Below are positions 17,901 through 25,831 of a stretch of DNA of 30,288 nt, one piece after another. The DNA comes from a virus (lineage: Duplodnaviria; Caudoviricetes): positions 1-30,288 of the IMG/VR virus record IMGVR_UViG_3300015370_000036, one strand, 5' to 3'. Each line of letters begins with the position of its first letter. The stretch's first letter is position 1. Position numbers and translations under genes: made by a program. A model generated the notes under the pieces. The model was not told where the DNA came from. It did not search any database and worked only from the letters and a program-made list of their open reading frames with translations.

Positions 17901-17937
17901 CATTGTTGCTCTGTTTACTTGTAAGCCAGTAACCCAT
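14929..17937 (-). CDS. large internal virion / DNA ejection protein (about 1000 aa)
   Basis: Size, A/G/K-rich helical composition and position after the nozzle gene. TAATG coupling suggests a start at 17937. Confidence 0.65.
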   Translation of the reverse strand: MGYWLTSKQSNNGYKDAFMFGLKSTLRAPLTVADMLGKGLGGLYEYSVKRPQSALAAYYQTIIKQNAVNLNQFGMSTLAISGEWSGRSKEGGGPFMDTGEQTREQVQAILHGYQNPDEYQQSVVSEHIKKRLLTNDISDRPTDLLGSVGNMVQLFPMSLGDTLAKWVVTGKLPDLDFKETGAQLAKSFIETGIDLATFPIDRPLDYAMFAGIFKALGYTATTARGAFIKNNLQAQRTILAKAIKEARANKTLDPKSLKAALADIKGQAGSALAGGGENYSNKVLQKEFKGLVEAIRKGDITWDQEGIIPKISGGWKNTGKGRYSYDKYLLKELQKPTSKLWQTVDNILNSPMIETLNREYKPTDITKPWFAAQAKIEPLYYVALKGEKSWGTYSKIVSPLSKAQKKVEFLKSQFGARYENIWKPIIKDQASVTRTFLATEGLIPMSNLSPVEQSVALKASAYYAKFIKPFGIKNPLKFYMPHVWTDKMARTIAKDALKGTWDLRRIARVLEEQGLSRRAALERAQVIIKSPNAIKVVKNGHLLRRLGAKGYTLDPIAANDHYLNLMLRKHILEPELKKVAPVIDNLPQPLREAFTEYESSLIGASAGSGGLTKLELAKMLEHLPGVNKQMAKEAANEAGNLLRDIVYSSGLGTIKAPAKNIIQGLTHGPAKLGLGYKAVGLQQITTKAGRDILQRDGVWKAAAPFMEETGGKGAIGALRKGLKATTIPFQFVDKFPNRGADYLGARQMFLDTYKFEGLKGIERLLKGAPRGVRVSVFKQISTTGQKPAGKAIIEGAKEFAKNLTWGSQYPYGEMLGPSIYSGSGLGKTAGIFGTWSLYYQGFLKYMTPKEALRYTTSATILYLAAKRAHMDISRALWLGATPTSVGGPILGAGMKAASGTSKMIAGAWTDNDYLMKLGMDDYEQLIQSSVIFIPVGLMVKETLKQFNILLDDLTIRSRSGKAQGQLTEEEWLANWAFPTTGIKRIYEEKKNKKSSKTKKYWK

Positions 17938-18887
17938 TATTTCCAATCCTTACCCTTTACTTTTTTGTAAGCAAGTTTTAGTATTCCCAAATCATCTGTA
18001 TTCCCAGTTAGTTCTGCATATTTAATGTTGCGCTTCATAAACCCATCACCCTCAGCCAGAATTTGTTCGATCGCTTGATTAAATTTCTTTGTATCAATAA
18101 TCGCCTTAACATTTAATGTAAAGTCTTTAGGCAAAGCAATTTTATTCATTTCAGCCCAATCAAAAGAGGCTAAAATATCAGCTTCTTTATTTGTATAATC
18201 CTCAGAACGATAGTTTGTTAAAAGCGTTTTGTAATTTCCATCATCAAGACGATCTTCTAGTTTAGAAGGCTTTAGTGCCTTATCTACAAGACCTTTCTTT
18301 TTAACTAATTCTGATACCTCTTTTTCTACTGATGGCTCTTCCTTTTTAATCACAGGAACTCTGTCTTTATTAAAGACTATTGATTCTCCCTCTTTCAGTT
18401 GTAACCGAACGGCCTCTAAATCCTCCTGCCTACGCTTGTTCATGGCTGTTGCATATTCACGCCCTTGTTCAGATGTCTTTGCTACCGGTTTGGATAAGTC
18501 TCCTTTGGATTTCAAAACATCTCCAATCCTCTTTTCTAGTTCTGCTTGTGCCATTGTAATAGGTGCTTGCATAGCTGCTTGTCCTAAACCTGCTCCAATA
18601 TCTCCTGTTTGCTGTGTGCCAGTATAAGCCGTGTAAGCATTAAGTAACTTCTCTAAATCACTGGCTCCAGCCATAGCTGTGCCAACAGTACCAACTACAC
18701 CACCAACACCACTAATTAAAGAACCAACATAAGGTAACCCAAAGGCTGCGCCTAAAGCAGACGCCAGAGGGGCTAACTCTCCAAGAGGCCCTTTATTTGC
18801 TTTGGCTTTTTCTCTCTCTATCCTAGCTCGTTCAAATTCTCCTGCTTTTTGACTTTTATATTGTCGCCACCTTTCTGTATAACCCAT
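17937..18887 (-). CDS. internal virion / ejection protein
   Basis: Gly/Ala-rich hydrophobic segment (ASALGAAFGLPYVGSLISGVGGVVG) followed by charged helices. Synteny. Confidence 0.6.
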   Translation of the reverse strand: MGYTERWRQYKSQKAGEFERARIEREKAKANKGPLGELAPLASALGAAFGLPYVGSLISGVGGVVGTVGTAMAGASDLEKLLNAYTAYTGTQQTGDIGAGLGQAAMQAPITMAQAELEKRIGDVLKSKGDLSKPVAKTSEQGREYATAMNKRRQEDLEAVRLQLKEGESIVFNKDRVPVIKKEEPSVEKEVSELVKKKGLVDKALKPSKLEDRLDDGNYKTLLTNYRSEDYTNKEADILASFDWAEMNKIALPKDFTLNVKAIIDTKKFNQAIEQILAEGDGFMKRNIKYAELTGNTDDLGILKLAYKKVKGKDWK

Positions 18888-20158
18888 TATAAATACTCCT
18901 TTGGAATAAACCCAATAGCTATTTCAGAAGACAATGATAAAGCATCCTTTATGGTTTTCTTATCATAGTAATTACCAACCATAAACTTTCTAATTATGTC
19001 GGCTCTTCCACTCAACAGATTAACATAATGGTCTAACCTATCTGCTGTGCCTTTAAGAGTCTCATACTCAGTTTTTCTTTGTGCTAATATTTTTTTGAAC
19101 TGATCGTAAATAGGTCGATTAGGATCAGGAACGCCTAGAGGGAACCTTTTTTTTCTATTTTCATGCGCTGCCACAGCTGCCGTTAAGTCATCCAATTCCT
19201 GCTTTTTTGTTTGTAAATTTGAATCCATCTTATCCCAAATACCCTGATAATATGGCAGTTTACCATCTGTACCAACCAAAGTTTCATTTGCATCAGAAAT
19301 AGCTTCGGGATCGGAGCCATTCATACCATAAGTTATCTTTCCCACGGCAATGTCTCTAACATCCTGCCATGAGTTGACTGTGCCATTATAAGTATCTTGT
19401 ACTTCTGCCCATATTTGTGCGTCCGTCATTTGTTTATAGGTATATTCAGGTATTTGTTTATTATTTATTTGTGTTACCAAAGAATAGGCCACGTCTCTAC
19501 CAGAGTAATTATTTACATTATCGCCGTTCCATTCAGTAGGTAATGCCGCAACAGGAGTAGCTGGCGGCGTGCTATCATCAGGAGGAGCAGTTGGATCACT
19601 GGGAGGGGCTGTATCTATGCCAATGTAGTCTTTTGCTTTTTTGGCCGCTTCTTCTGGTGAAAATCCCTTGTCTAAATAATATTTAGTCCAACCATCTACC
19701 CTGGTATCATAGGTATTCTTCTCTTCAATGGCTTGCTGTTTTTCTGTTGTTTGCCAGTTCTTCAACTGAGTAGCATAGTCTGTTGTTACTCCATAAATGT
19801 TTTGGGCCATTCCCATTTGTTGCGTGATACCACCCATCTGTGTTTGGAGATTCTGAGCTGTTAGATCAGCATAGTATTGAGCGGCTTTATTAGCATATTC
19901 TGGCTGTATAGAGGTTCCTATTGTCTTAAACATCTGGCCGGCATTAGGCAAGCCACTTTGCTCATAAATTCCTCTTAAATTGGCTATATCCTCGGCTTTC
20001 TGTTTATCTAAAGTTGTCTGATATGCCGCTGCTTGCTGGCTGGCAGCACCGGACATCTGCTCTAACAGTTTACTATAATTAGTTTGAAAACCCTCCATAG
20101 TAGAAGTATAATTTGAAAGAGCATCCGATAATTGTTTCTCATAATCTATATCTGCCAT
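18887..20158 (-). CDS. internal virion / ejection protein
   Basis: Q/A/Y-rich N-terminus, Pro-rich linker, coiled-coil C-terminus. Synteny. Confidence 0.6.
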   Translation of the reverse strand: MADIDYEKQLSDALSNYTSTMEGFQTNYSKLLEQMSGAASQQAAAYQTTLDKQKAEDIANLRGIYEQSGLPNAGQMFKTIGTSIQPEYANKAAQYYADLTAQNLQTQMGGITQQMGMAQNIYGVTTDYATQLKNWQTTEKQQAIEEKNTYDTRVDGWTKYYLDKGFSPEEAAKKAKDYIGIDTAPPSDPTAPPDDSTPPATPVAALPTEWNGDNVNNYSGRDVAYSLVTQINNKQIPEYTYKQMTDAQIWAEVQDTYNGTVNSWQDVRDIAVGKITYGMNGSDPEAISDANETLVGTDGKLPYYQGIWDKMDSNLQTKKQELDDLTAAVAAHENRKKRFPLGVPDPNRPIYDQFKKILAQRKTEYETLKGTADRLDHYVNLLSGRADIIRKFMVGNYYDKKTIKDALSLSSEIAIGFIPKEYL

Positions 20159-20159
20159 T

Positions 20160-21677
20160 TTACTTTTCTCCTTTGGTTTTTACGCCAATTTCTATTGATT
20201 TTACTGTGAAAGGCTGAGAAGCATAGTTGTTCTCTGCCACAAACCTAATATGATGAAAATTAACACCTCGAAAATACCGTTTTGCAAAAACATCTGAATT
20301 TCCGCCGCCAATCTTACTTGAACCGATAATAAATGTTGATCCTATCAAATCTCCACCTGCGAACTGATTAACTGTGTACATTCTTCCTGCCTGTTCAAAA
20401 TTAAGTTCATAACCAAATCTCATATCCCAATTACCCTCAGCAGCCACCGTTAGTTTAATGTACTCTAATTGTAGTTCTTCTTCAGTTACATTAAAATCTC
20501 TGGGACTGAGCCATTTAGACTTTGCTTGTGATCTAATGGCCGAAGCATTATCTAACTCTGTATATAAAGCCCTATAACAATAGCCAGTTGCCCCAGATTC
20601 AACAAAGTAAGGAATAGGCTGACCGGAATTGTGTAAAAGCCTAAAATCATTAACTGCCCAATCATACCAAGCCCATTTATAACCAGCTTTTGAAAAAGTG
20701 CAAACATAAATCCTGTTGTTTGTTGTTGCCCCTGTTCCGTAAGGAATTGAAACAATATACTGATTGAGAGCAGGAAGCCAACAACTTGCTAACTGTCCTC
20801 CTCTTGAAAAAATGACATTTTGTAGATCTTCTCTAATATCATCACTAATTATAGTTGGATAATTTTGTTCATCCCATAACCTTACATTTAAGTCTTGGTC
20901 TACAAATACAAAACCAAAGGGTGTTCTTTGCACAGACTTCTGAGAGGCTAATCCAACATCAAACCTTCTCTGCCACCTGAAAGTTGGAGAATCTGTATTT
21001 GTATTTGTCCAGTATAGAGAACCCATACAGTTTGTTTTCCAAATATGAATACATTTTTCTCCTTTTGCCAAACCCTCAATATCACCACCATCATTCACAT
21101 CTATTGGTAAAATCCAACTTGCGGTATCATAGTAGTCAACATCCCTATATTTAGAATAATAGAGCATAGACTTATTGCTGGTTGCATTAGCAAGCCAGGT
21201 ATAACCCCACATATATAAAGGAAATCTAGCCCCTGCTGGTGGAGAATTAGACCCCTGATCCAAAGCAGCAGCATTACCGGTTCCATTATATTGAATTAAA
21301 TTTGTTCCATCTGCACCTATCAAAGTTCCTTCTGCTTGGGCAAAGTGCCATCTAGCTGTTGCCGTTGTTGTATAGGCGGTATGACTAATATCATCCCAAG
21401 TTCCATCTAAGGAGTCCATTCTAAATAGTTTTCCTTGATTTGTAGCACATACAGGAATATATACACCGGCAGTAGTAAGTAATTCTGCCAATCCTAAAGG
21501 GGTATATGCTCCTGCTGTTCCCAAAACTTCATAACCCTTCCGTTTTTTCACACAACCATCATAACCCAATTCAATGTTCTTACCTACTGTAAGTTTATTG
21601 ACTTCCATTGGCAACTCATAATTACTCGTTATATTTAAGCCGCCATCCATATTAAATTTAAGAATAAATTTTCTCAT
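20160..21677 (-). CDS. tail nozzle / stabilisation protein (P22 gp10 or tail tubular B-like beta-propeller)
   Basis: GGLN...NIEL..DG.VKKRKGY N-terminus, LYYS...D, DGGDIEGL, DVGLASQKSV, ISDDI. Confidence 0.8.
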   Translation of the reverse strand: MRKFILKFNMDGGLNITSNYELPMEVNKLTVGKNIELGYDGCVKKRKGYEVLGTAGAYTPLGLAELLTTAGVYIPVCATNQGKLFRMDSLDGTWDDISHTAYTTTATARWHFAQAEGTLIGADGTNLIQYNGTGNAAALDQGSNSPPAGARFPLYMWGYTWLANATSNKSMLYYSKYRDVDYYDTASWILPIDVNDGGDIEGLAKGEKCIHIWKTNCMGSLYWTNTNTDSPTFRWQRRFDVGLASQKSVQRTPFGFVFVDQDLNVRLWDEQNYPTIISDDIREDLQNVIFSRGGQLASCWLPALNQYIVSIPYGTGATTNNRIYVCTFSKAGYKWAWYDWAVNDFRLLHNSGQPIPYFVESGATGYCYRALYTELDNASAIRSQAKSKWLSPRDFNVTEEELQLEYIKLTVAAEGNWDMRFGYELNFEQAGRMYTVNQFAGGDLIGSTFIIGSSKIGGGNSDVFAKRYFRGVNFHHIRFVAENNYASQPFTVKSIEIGVKTKGEK

Positions 21678-22342
21678 CTTTTTCTAATCTTTCCCGTAAA
21701 AATATTCCAACCAGGGGTTTGAATTGAACGATTTTTATTCTCATAATTATTTTGAACTATTTTGTTTAGATATTTTATGGCATCTAGGTATTCAACTTTT
21801 TCTTTAACTATGTTATCATTTTCCACTAAAGCCCTAGCATGGGCAATAGTAACAACTGCTTCAGCAATATCATCATCTGTTATGTCTGAATCTGTATCGG
21901 AAGCATTTGAAAGCTCCGTTAATGTTTTCTCACCGTATGCTACAACAGCAATAGTAGTACCAGAAGATAAAATAGGGTAAAACAAAATAGTACTACCTTT
22001 CCAACACCAAGCACTAAGATAATCCCCAACATCATCAAGTGCAGGATCAAAATCAAGAAGTTCATCTAATTCAGTTTTATTTATCTCTTTGCCATTTGTA
22101 GTATCTATAAGCCGCCCAATAGTTTTTAATGTATTATCCATCTGCGAAACAGTCTTTGTTGCTGATGCTGAAGTCATATTGAAACTAGAACTTACAACCA
22201 ACTTAAAAGGCCAATTATAATGATACCAAACAATTCTCCGTGCAAAATTAATTGCATAAGTTAATTGAGTATCTGCATCCCCCAATTCTGGTATTCCTTT
22301 CTTGGCGATCCTGTCTTTATATTGAGCTAATGTTAATGCCAT
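21674..22342 (-). CDS. head-tail adaptor protein
   Basis: AINFARR.V....NWPF and ILFYP patterns of podovirus adaptors. Lies upstream of the nozzle gene. Confidence 0.7.
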   Translation of the reverse strand: MALTLAQYKDRIAKKGIPELGDADTQLTYAINFARRIVWYHYNWPFKLVVSSSFNMTSASATKTVSQMDNTLKTIGRLIDTTNGKEINKTELDELLDFDPALDDVGDYLSAWCWKGSTILFYPILSSGTTIAVVAYGEKTLTELSNASDTDSDITDDDIAEAVVTIAHARALVENDNIVKEKVEYLDAIKYLNKIVQNNYENKNRSIQTPGWNIFTGKIRKR

Positions 22343-22343
22343 T

Positions 22344-23519
22344 TTATCCTCTCCCTTTTATTAAGCCAAGACCGGCTAAAGTAGCCTCTTCTGAGCTAGT
22401 TTTTAGTATCTGTTCATAAGCCTTATCCCACAAAGGGGCTATCTTTCCCATATCATAGTTTTTAGTGTCCTCATAAGCTGCCCCACCTAGTTTATGACGA
22501 TACTTAGTATCCTTTATTAAGCGTGTAATATGTTTCTTCCAGTCCTTATAATTAGTAGCTAGTAACCCAGTTTCTCCATGTTTTACTGTGTTATAATAGG
22601 CATGAGTGGAATCACCACTAAACACTCCTGGTATTCTAAAATATCCATACTCGAAATATTTAATATTGGACTTATACTTATTAAAAGGATCACCGGTATG
22701 AAGCGGTGCAATTCCAATATCAAACCTGTATTCTTTTACAGTATTTATAAATGTTCTGAAAGCTCTATTGGGTGGTATGGCCACAACTTGTGGATGTTCA
22801 TTTAATTTTGGAAAATACCCTTGACCCATTAAACACAACCTAACATTAGGGTTTTCATTCAAAATATCAGCCAGTATATCCATTACACTCTTCAAATCAT
22901 TTATATGAGAGGAGCTTCCCCAATATACAATATTAACTATGTCTTCATTAGCTCGCATATCATGTGGTTGCCAGTAGTCTTCCCATGAAAAATTAGGACA
23001 ATGATATATGTTACTATTTGCACCCTTATAGTAGTCTAATAAAGATTTAGTTGACACTGTAACTGCATCAGCAGCTTTTATTGCTACATTTATATAGTGT
23101 CTTTGTCTAGCATAATCAGATTTTTCTCTATAAAATAACATCTGATTGATGTCCTGAACATTATCATAATTATCATCTAAATCAATAACAATTCTCTTCT
23201 TGGTTTTTAAGGCTCTAGAAAAGTAATCCCTACTTCCCATCAAAGATGCTATGCCATGCGGCTTATCAAAATGGTGTATAATTAGTGTATCATATTTATT
23301 CCACAAATGTTCAACAAAATGCACTAAGTTTACATCATCTGTAACCGTATAGTCTTTCTTCCAGCCAGCTTGAGCATCCCAAGCCAGTGTTATATCATAT
23401 TTATCTTTTAAGTATTCCGCAGGAGCAACACTTCTGTAAAACCCTACCCCTCTATAAGCTTCAGGCTCATCTGATATACCAGCCGCATAAATAGAGAGTA
23501 TTCTATTGGGATTTTTCAT
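22344..23519 (-). CDS. GT-B (GT4-like) glycosyltransferase inside the head operon
   Basis: GVGFYR..P, IVIDLDD, ADAVTVST, YWGSSSHINDL, DIGIAPL....FNKYKSNIKYFEY, HGETGLLA. Confidence 0.9.
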   Translation of the reverse strand: MKNPNRILSIYAAGISDEPEAYRGVGFYRSVAPAEYLKDKYDITLAWDAQAGWKKDYTVTDDVNLVHFVEHLWNKYDTLIIHHFDKPHGIASLMGSRDYFSRALKTKKRIVIDLDDNYDNVQDINQMLFYREKSDYARQRHYINVAIKAADAVTVSTKSLLDYYKGANSNIYHCPNFSWEDYWQPHDMRANEDIVNIVYWGSSSHINDLKSVMDILADILNENPNVRLCLMGQGYFPKLNEHPQVVAIPPNRAFRTFINTVKEYRFDIGIAPLHTGDPFNKYKSNIKYFEYGYFRIPGVFSGDSTHAYYNTVKHGETGLLATNYKDWKKHITRLIKDTKYRHKLGGAAYEDTKNYDMGKIAPLWDKAYEQILKTSSEEATLAGLGLIKGRG

Positions 23520-23797
23520 TCTCTACTCCCATTATAAAAACTATCATCTAAATAAGTATGTGGGTTCCAACCTTTTTTACTGCAAATCTCTTCTGTTTCT
23601 CGCTTCACATCAGAAATTTCTGGTGTATAAGGCTTAATTGTCTTAAACTTATAAGGAATAATCACACCAACAGCAGATATTACCCTTTCAGCCATCCCTC
23701 CACATATACAACTGACTGATGTAGGATGGTTCTGAACAGAAAATGTCTGCTCTATGTTTTTACCACATTTTTTACAACGATATTCATAAATTGGCAT
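23516..23797 (-). CDS. FmdB-family zinc-ribbon protein
   Basis: MPIYEYRCKKCG...SCICGGMAERVIS. ATGA coupling to the glycosyltransferase. Confidence 0.88.
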   Translation of the reverse strand: MPIYEYRCKKCGKNIEQTFSVQNHPTSVSCICGGMAERVISAVGVIIPYKFKTIKPYTPEISDVKRETEEICSKKGWNPHTYLDDSFYNGSRE

Positions 23798-23809
23798 AAT
23801 TAAACTTGA

Positions 23810-23844
23810 GGAAGGGGCTACTCCCCGAAGGTTTTGCCCCTCCC
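23810..23844 (-). promoter_or_regulatory. GC-rich hairpin after the capsid gene (attenuator, processing or stabiliser element)
   Basis: 9-bp stem GGGAGGGGC/GCCCCUUCC, internal loop AAAA/GAGUA, CC-UUCG-GG cap. No poly-U tail. Confidence 0.6.
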
Positions 23845-23855
23845 ATTAAAAACTA

Positions 23856-24770
23856 TTATCCGCCGTAGGAACAGAGAGCAATACCAAATGCAGAGTTCAA
23901 TGTTTTTACACCAAAAGTCATTTTCCAACCATAGGAGTAATACATATTCAATGCAGATTGCTGGTCATTCACAATAACTTTAACACCTTCTAATTCAATC
24001 TAGCCGAAGGCTTCTGCTCCCAAGACGGGAGAATAATGCGCAACGCCACTTGTATAGTCCACGGTGCCGCCTGTGCCGGTTCGATAAGTTTCGGTAGATT
24101 CAAGTATTCTAATACCCATCCACTTGCCAATCTCACCATTATACAGTTCTTGTGAACCTGAATACTGTTTAGAAAGAACAAATGTAGAATCTTTCATAAG
24201 ATAATAGGACTGTGCTGGATTCACAATGGCAACCCAACCACCATCAGGCATACGAAATGCTTTATTATCTTTTAATGTTTTTACAGCCTGAGATAGTTCT
24301 TCTGTACTCAAAGTATTAGAAGTCGCTAAATCGCTGAGAGCAACATCATTAACTACTTGCGACGTCATACCAGTACCTAATTCAGTAAGAATTAGTCTGT
24401 TTCTTGTTTCCGCCGCTTGCTGTGCGAACAACCTTGTTTTACCAGAAATATCTGGGTCAATAGCTGTAAGACTAACAAGACTTGAAATATGCGCCAAATC
24501 TCCGTATTCATATACGGTACAATCAACATTGGTATCAGATAATACCTTTCCGTTAGGATCAGTACCTTCTGTCAATGCTGTGGTAGCTGGTGCAAGAGCC
24601 GAATACCTATTGAATCTAGCGGTTATACCGTTATTCTTAGGCATTGGTTTCTTTTGTCCAACTTGTTCTGCAACAATCATGGACTGCGCTACACTCAAAA
24701 ATAATTTTTCATAATAAGTCTGCATACTTGTAGCTAATGCAGAAGTATCGGTTTGATGTGCTACGGACAT
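23856..24770 (-). CDS. major capsid protein (N4-gp56-like family) with one in-frame TAG at 24000-24002 (304 aa if read through)
   Basis: MPKNNG...F.RY..L..ATTALTEG..P, EYGD...IS, GEIGKWMGIRILEST, GAEAFG. After the TAG the same frame gives IELEG...LNMYYSYGWKMTFGVKTLNSAFG...GG then TAA TAG, the family C-terminal motif. Confidence 0.9.
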
Positions 24771-24799
24771 TTATTTTCCCTTCCTTTTTGAAAACTGCC

Positions 24800-25504
24800 T
24801 CAATAACGAGGGTCAGCTTTAGGGAGAAACGCTTCCATTTCTTTTAGAGACATATCTTTCAATTCTCTAACTGGCGGCGGTGGTGCAATTTTATCATCAG
24901 CCGGAGCCAGATTTGGTTTAGCCGCTTCTCTTAGTGCCTCTTCTCGTCCTCTATCATACTCAGCTTTCTTTAAGGAATCAATCCTAGCAGCTACCGCCTT
25001 TGAATAAGCTAAGTCAACTGCTTTATCGGTTTGGCCTATACCTGCCACTGCCATAATCATCTGGTCAGAAGCCAATATCTTTGCCACATCATTGGCGACA
25101 TCTTTGAAATATGCTTTCTTAGGGTCACGTTCTGCTACCAATAAAGATAGTCTAATCTTATCTCTATCAACAGTCGGGGCTGCCGGTGGTACTTGCGGCT
25201 GAGGGGTAGGTTCAGAATCACCAAAGAGTGCCTTCAAATAATCATCATCTTCAGGCTCTTGTGATTTTTCTGCTTCCAACCGTTCTCTTTCCGCTTTCTC
25301 TTTCTGATAGGCTGTTTGGAGTTTCTTGTGATCCTCTTCCGCAGCAATAATACTATCATATTCTCTTCCGTTAAAGACAACCTTTTCTGACTTTTTACCA
25401 TCAGGAGTTGAAGTTGCTTTGACTTCAGATTTCTTGCCGGCCTCACCATCATCAGAGGGTACATTCGGTTTAATGTCCTCTTCCGGTTTGGGTGCGTCAT
25501 TCAT
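24800..25504 (-). CDS. capsid scaffolding protein
   Basis: Acidic, Pro-rich, coiled-coil. C-terminus KDMSLKEMEAFLPKAD. Directly upstream of the capsid gene. Confidence 0.75.
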   Translation of the reverse strand: MNDAPKPEEDIKPNVPSDDGEAGKKSEVKATSTPDGKKSEKVVFNGREYDSIIAAEEDHKKLQTAYQKEKAERERLEAEKSQEPEDDDYLKALFGDSEPTPQPQVPPAAPTVDRDKIRLSLLVAERDPKKAYFKDVANDVAKILASDQMIMAVAGIGQTDKAVDLAYSKAVAARIDSLKKAEYDRGREEALREAAKPNLAPADDKIAPPPPVRELKDMSLKEMEAFLPKADPRY

Positions 25505-25546
25505 CTGTTTTCACCTGCCTTGTTTCTGCCGTTAGGCAGTTAATAT

Positions 25547-25831
25547 TTAGGCTGACTCACTGTCAAGAGTGTGTTCAGCCGATTTCCCACAGTTTATTCT
25601 TTGTTCTATATCAAGCAACAAATCTTCCATAGCTCTTTTACAATCCAAAGCCCTTATCCTATTCTCTTCCCTCATGGACTGATTTCTTGCCTTTTTATCA
25701 TATTTAACTATATGAGACTGTATAACATCCTTTAATTCAAGCCAGCCAGCGTTATGTTGTAGCCCTTGCAGCCTATTCTTTGTAGTAACTCTGTTCTCTA
25801 ACTCTTTTTGACGTAGTTCAGCAGGATTCAT
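25547..25831 (-). CDS. small helical protein downstream of portal
   Basis: LQHNAGWLELK pattern, GGAGG RBS, TAATG coupling to portal. Confidence 0.7.
   Translation of the reverse strand: MNPAELRQKELENRVTTKNRLQGLQHNAGWLELKDVIQSHIVKYDKKARNQSMREENRIRALDCKRAMEDLLLDIEQRINCGKSAEHTLDSESA

Noticed and set aside
23990-24181. Alternative-frame ORF suggesting a capsid frameshift
   Set aside because: The conserved capsid C-terminus is in the original frame. This frame stops at 23990 and looks like a shadow ORF.
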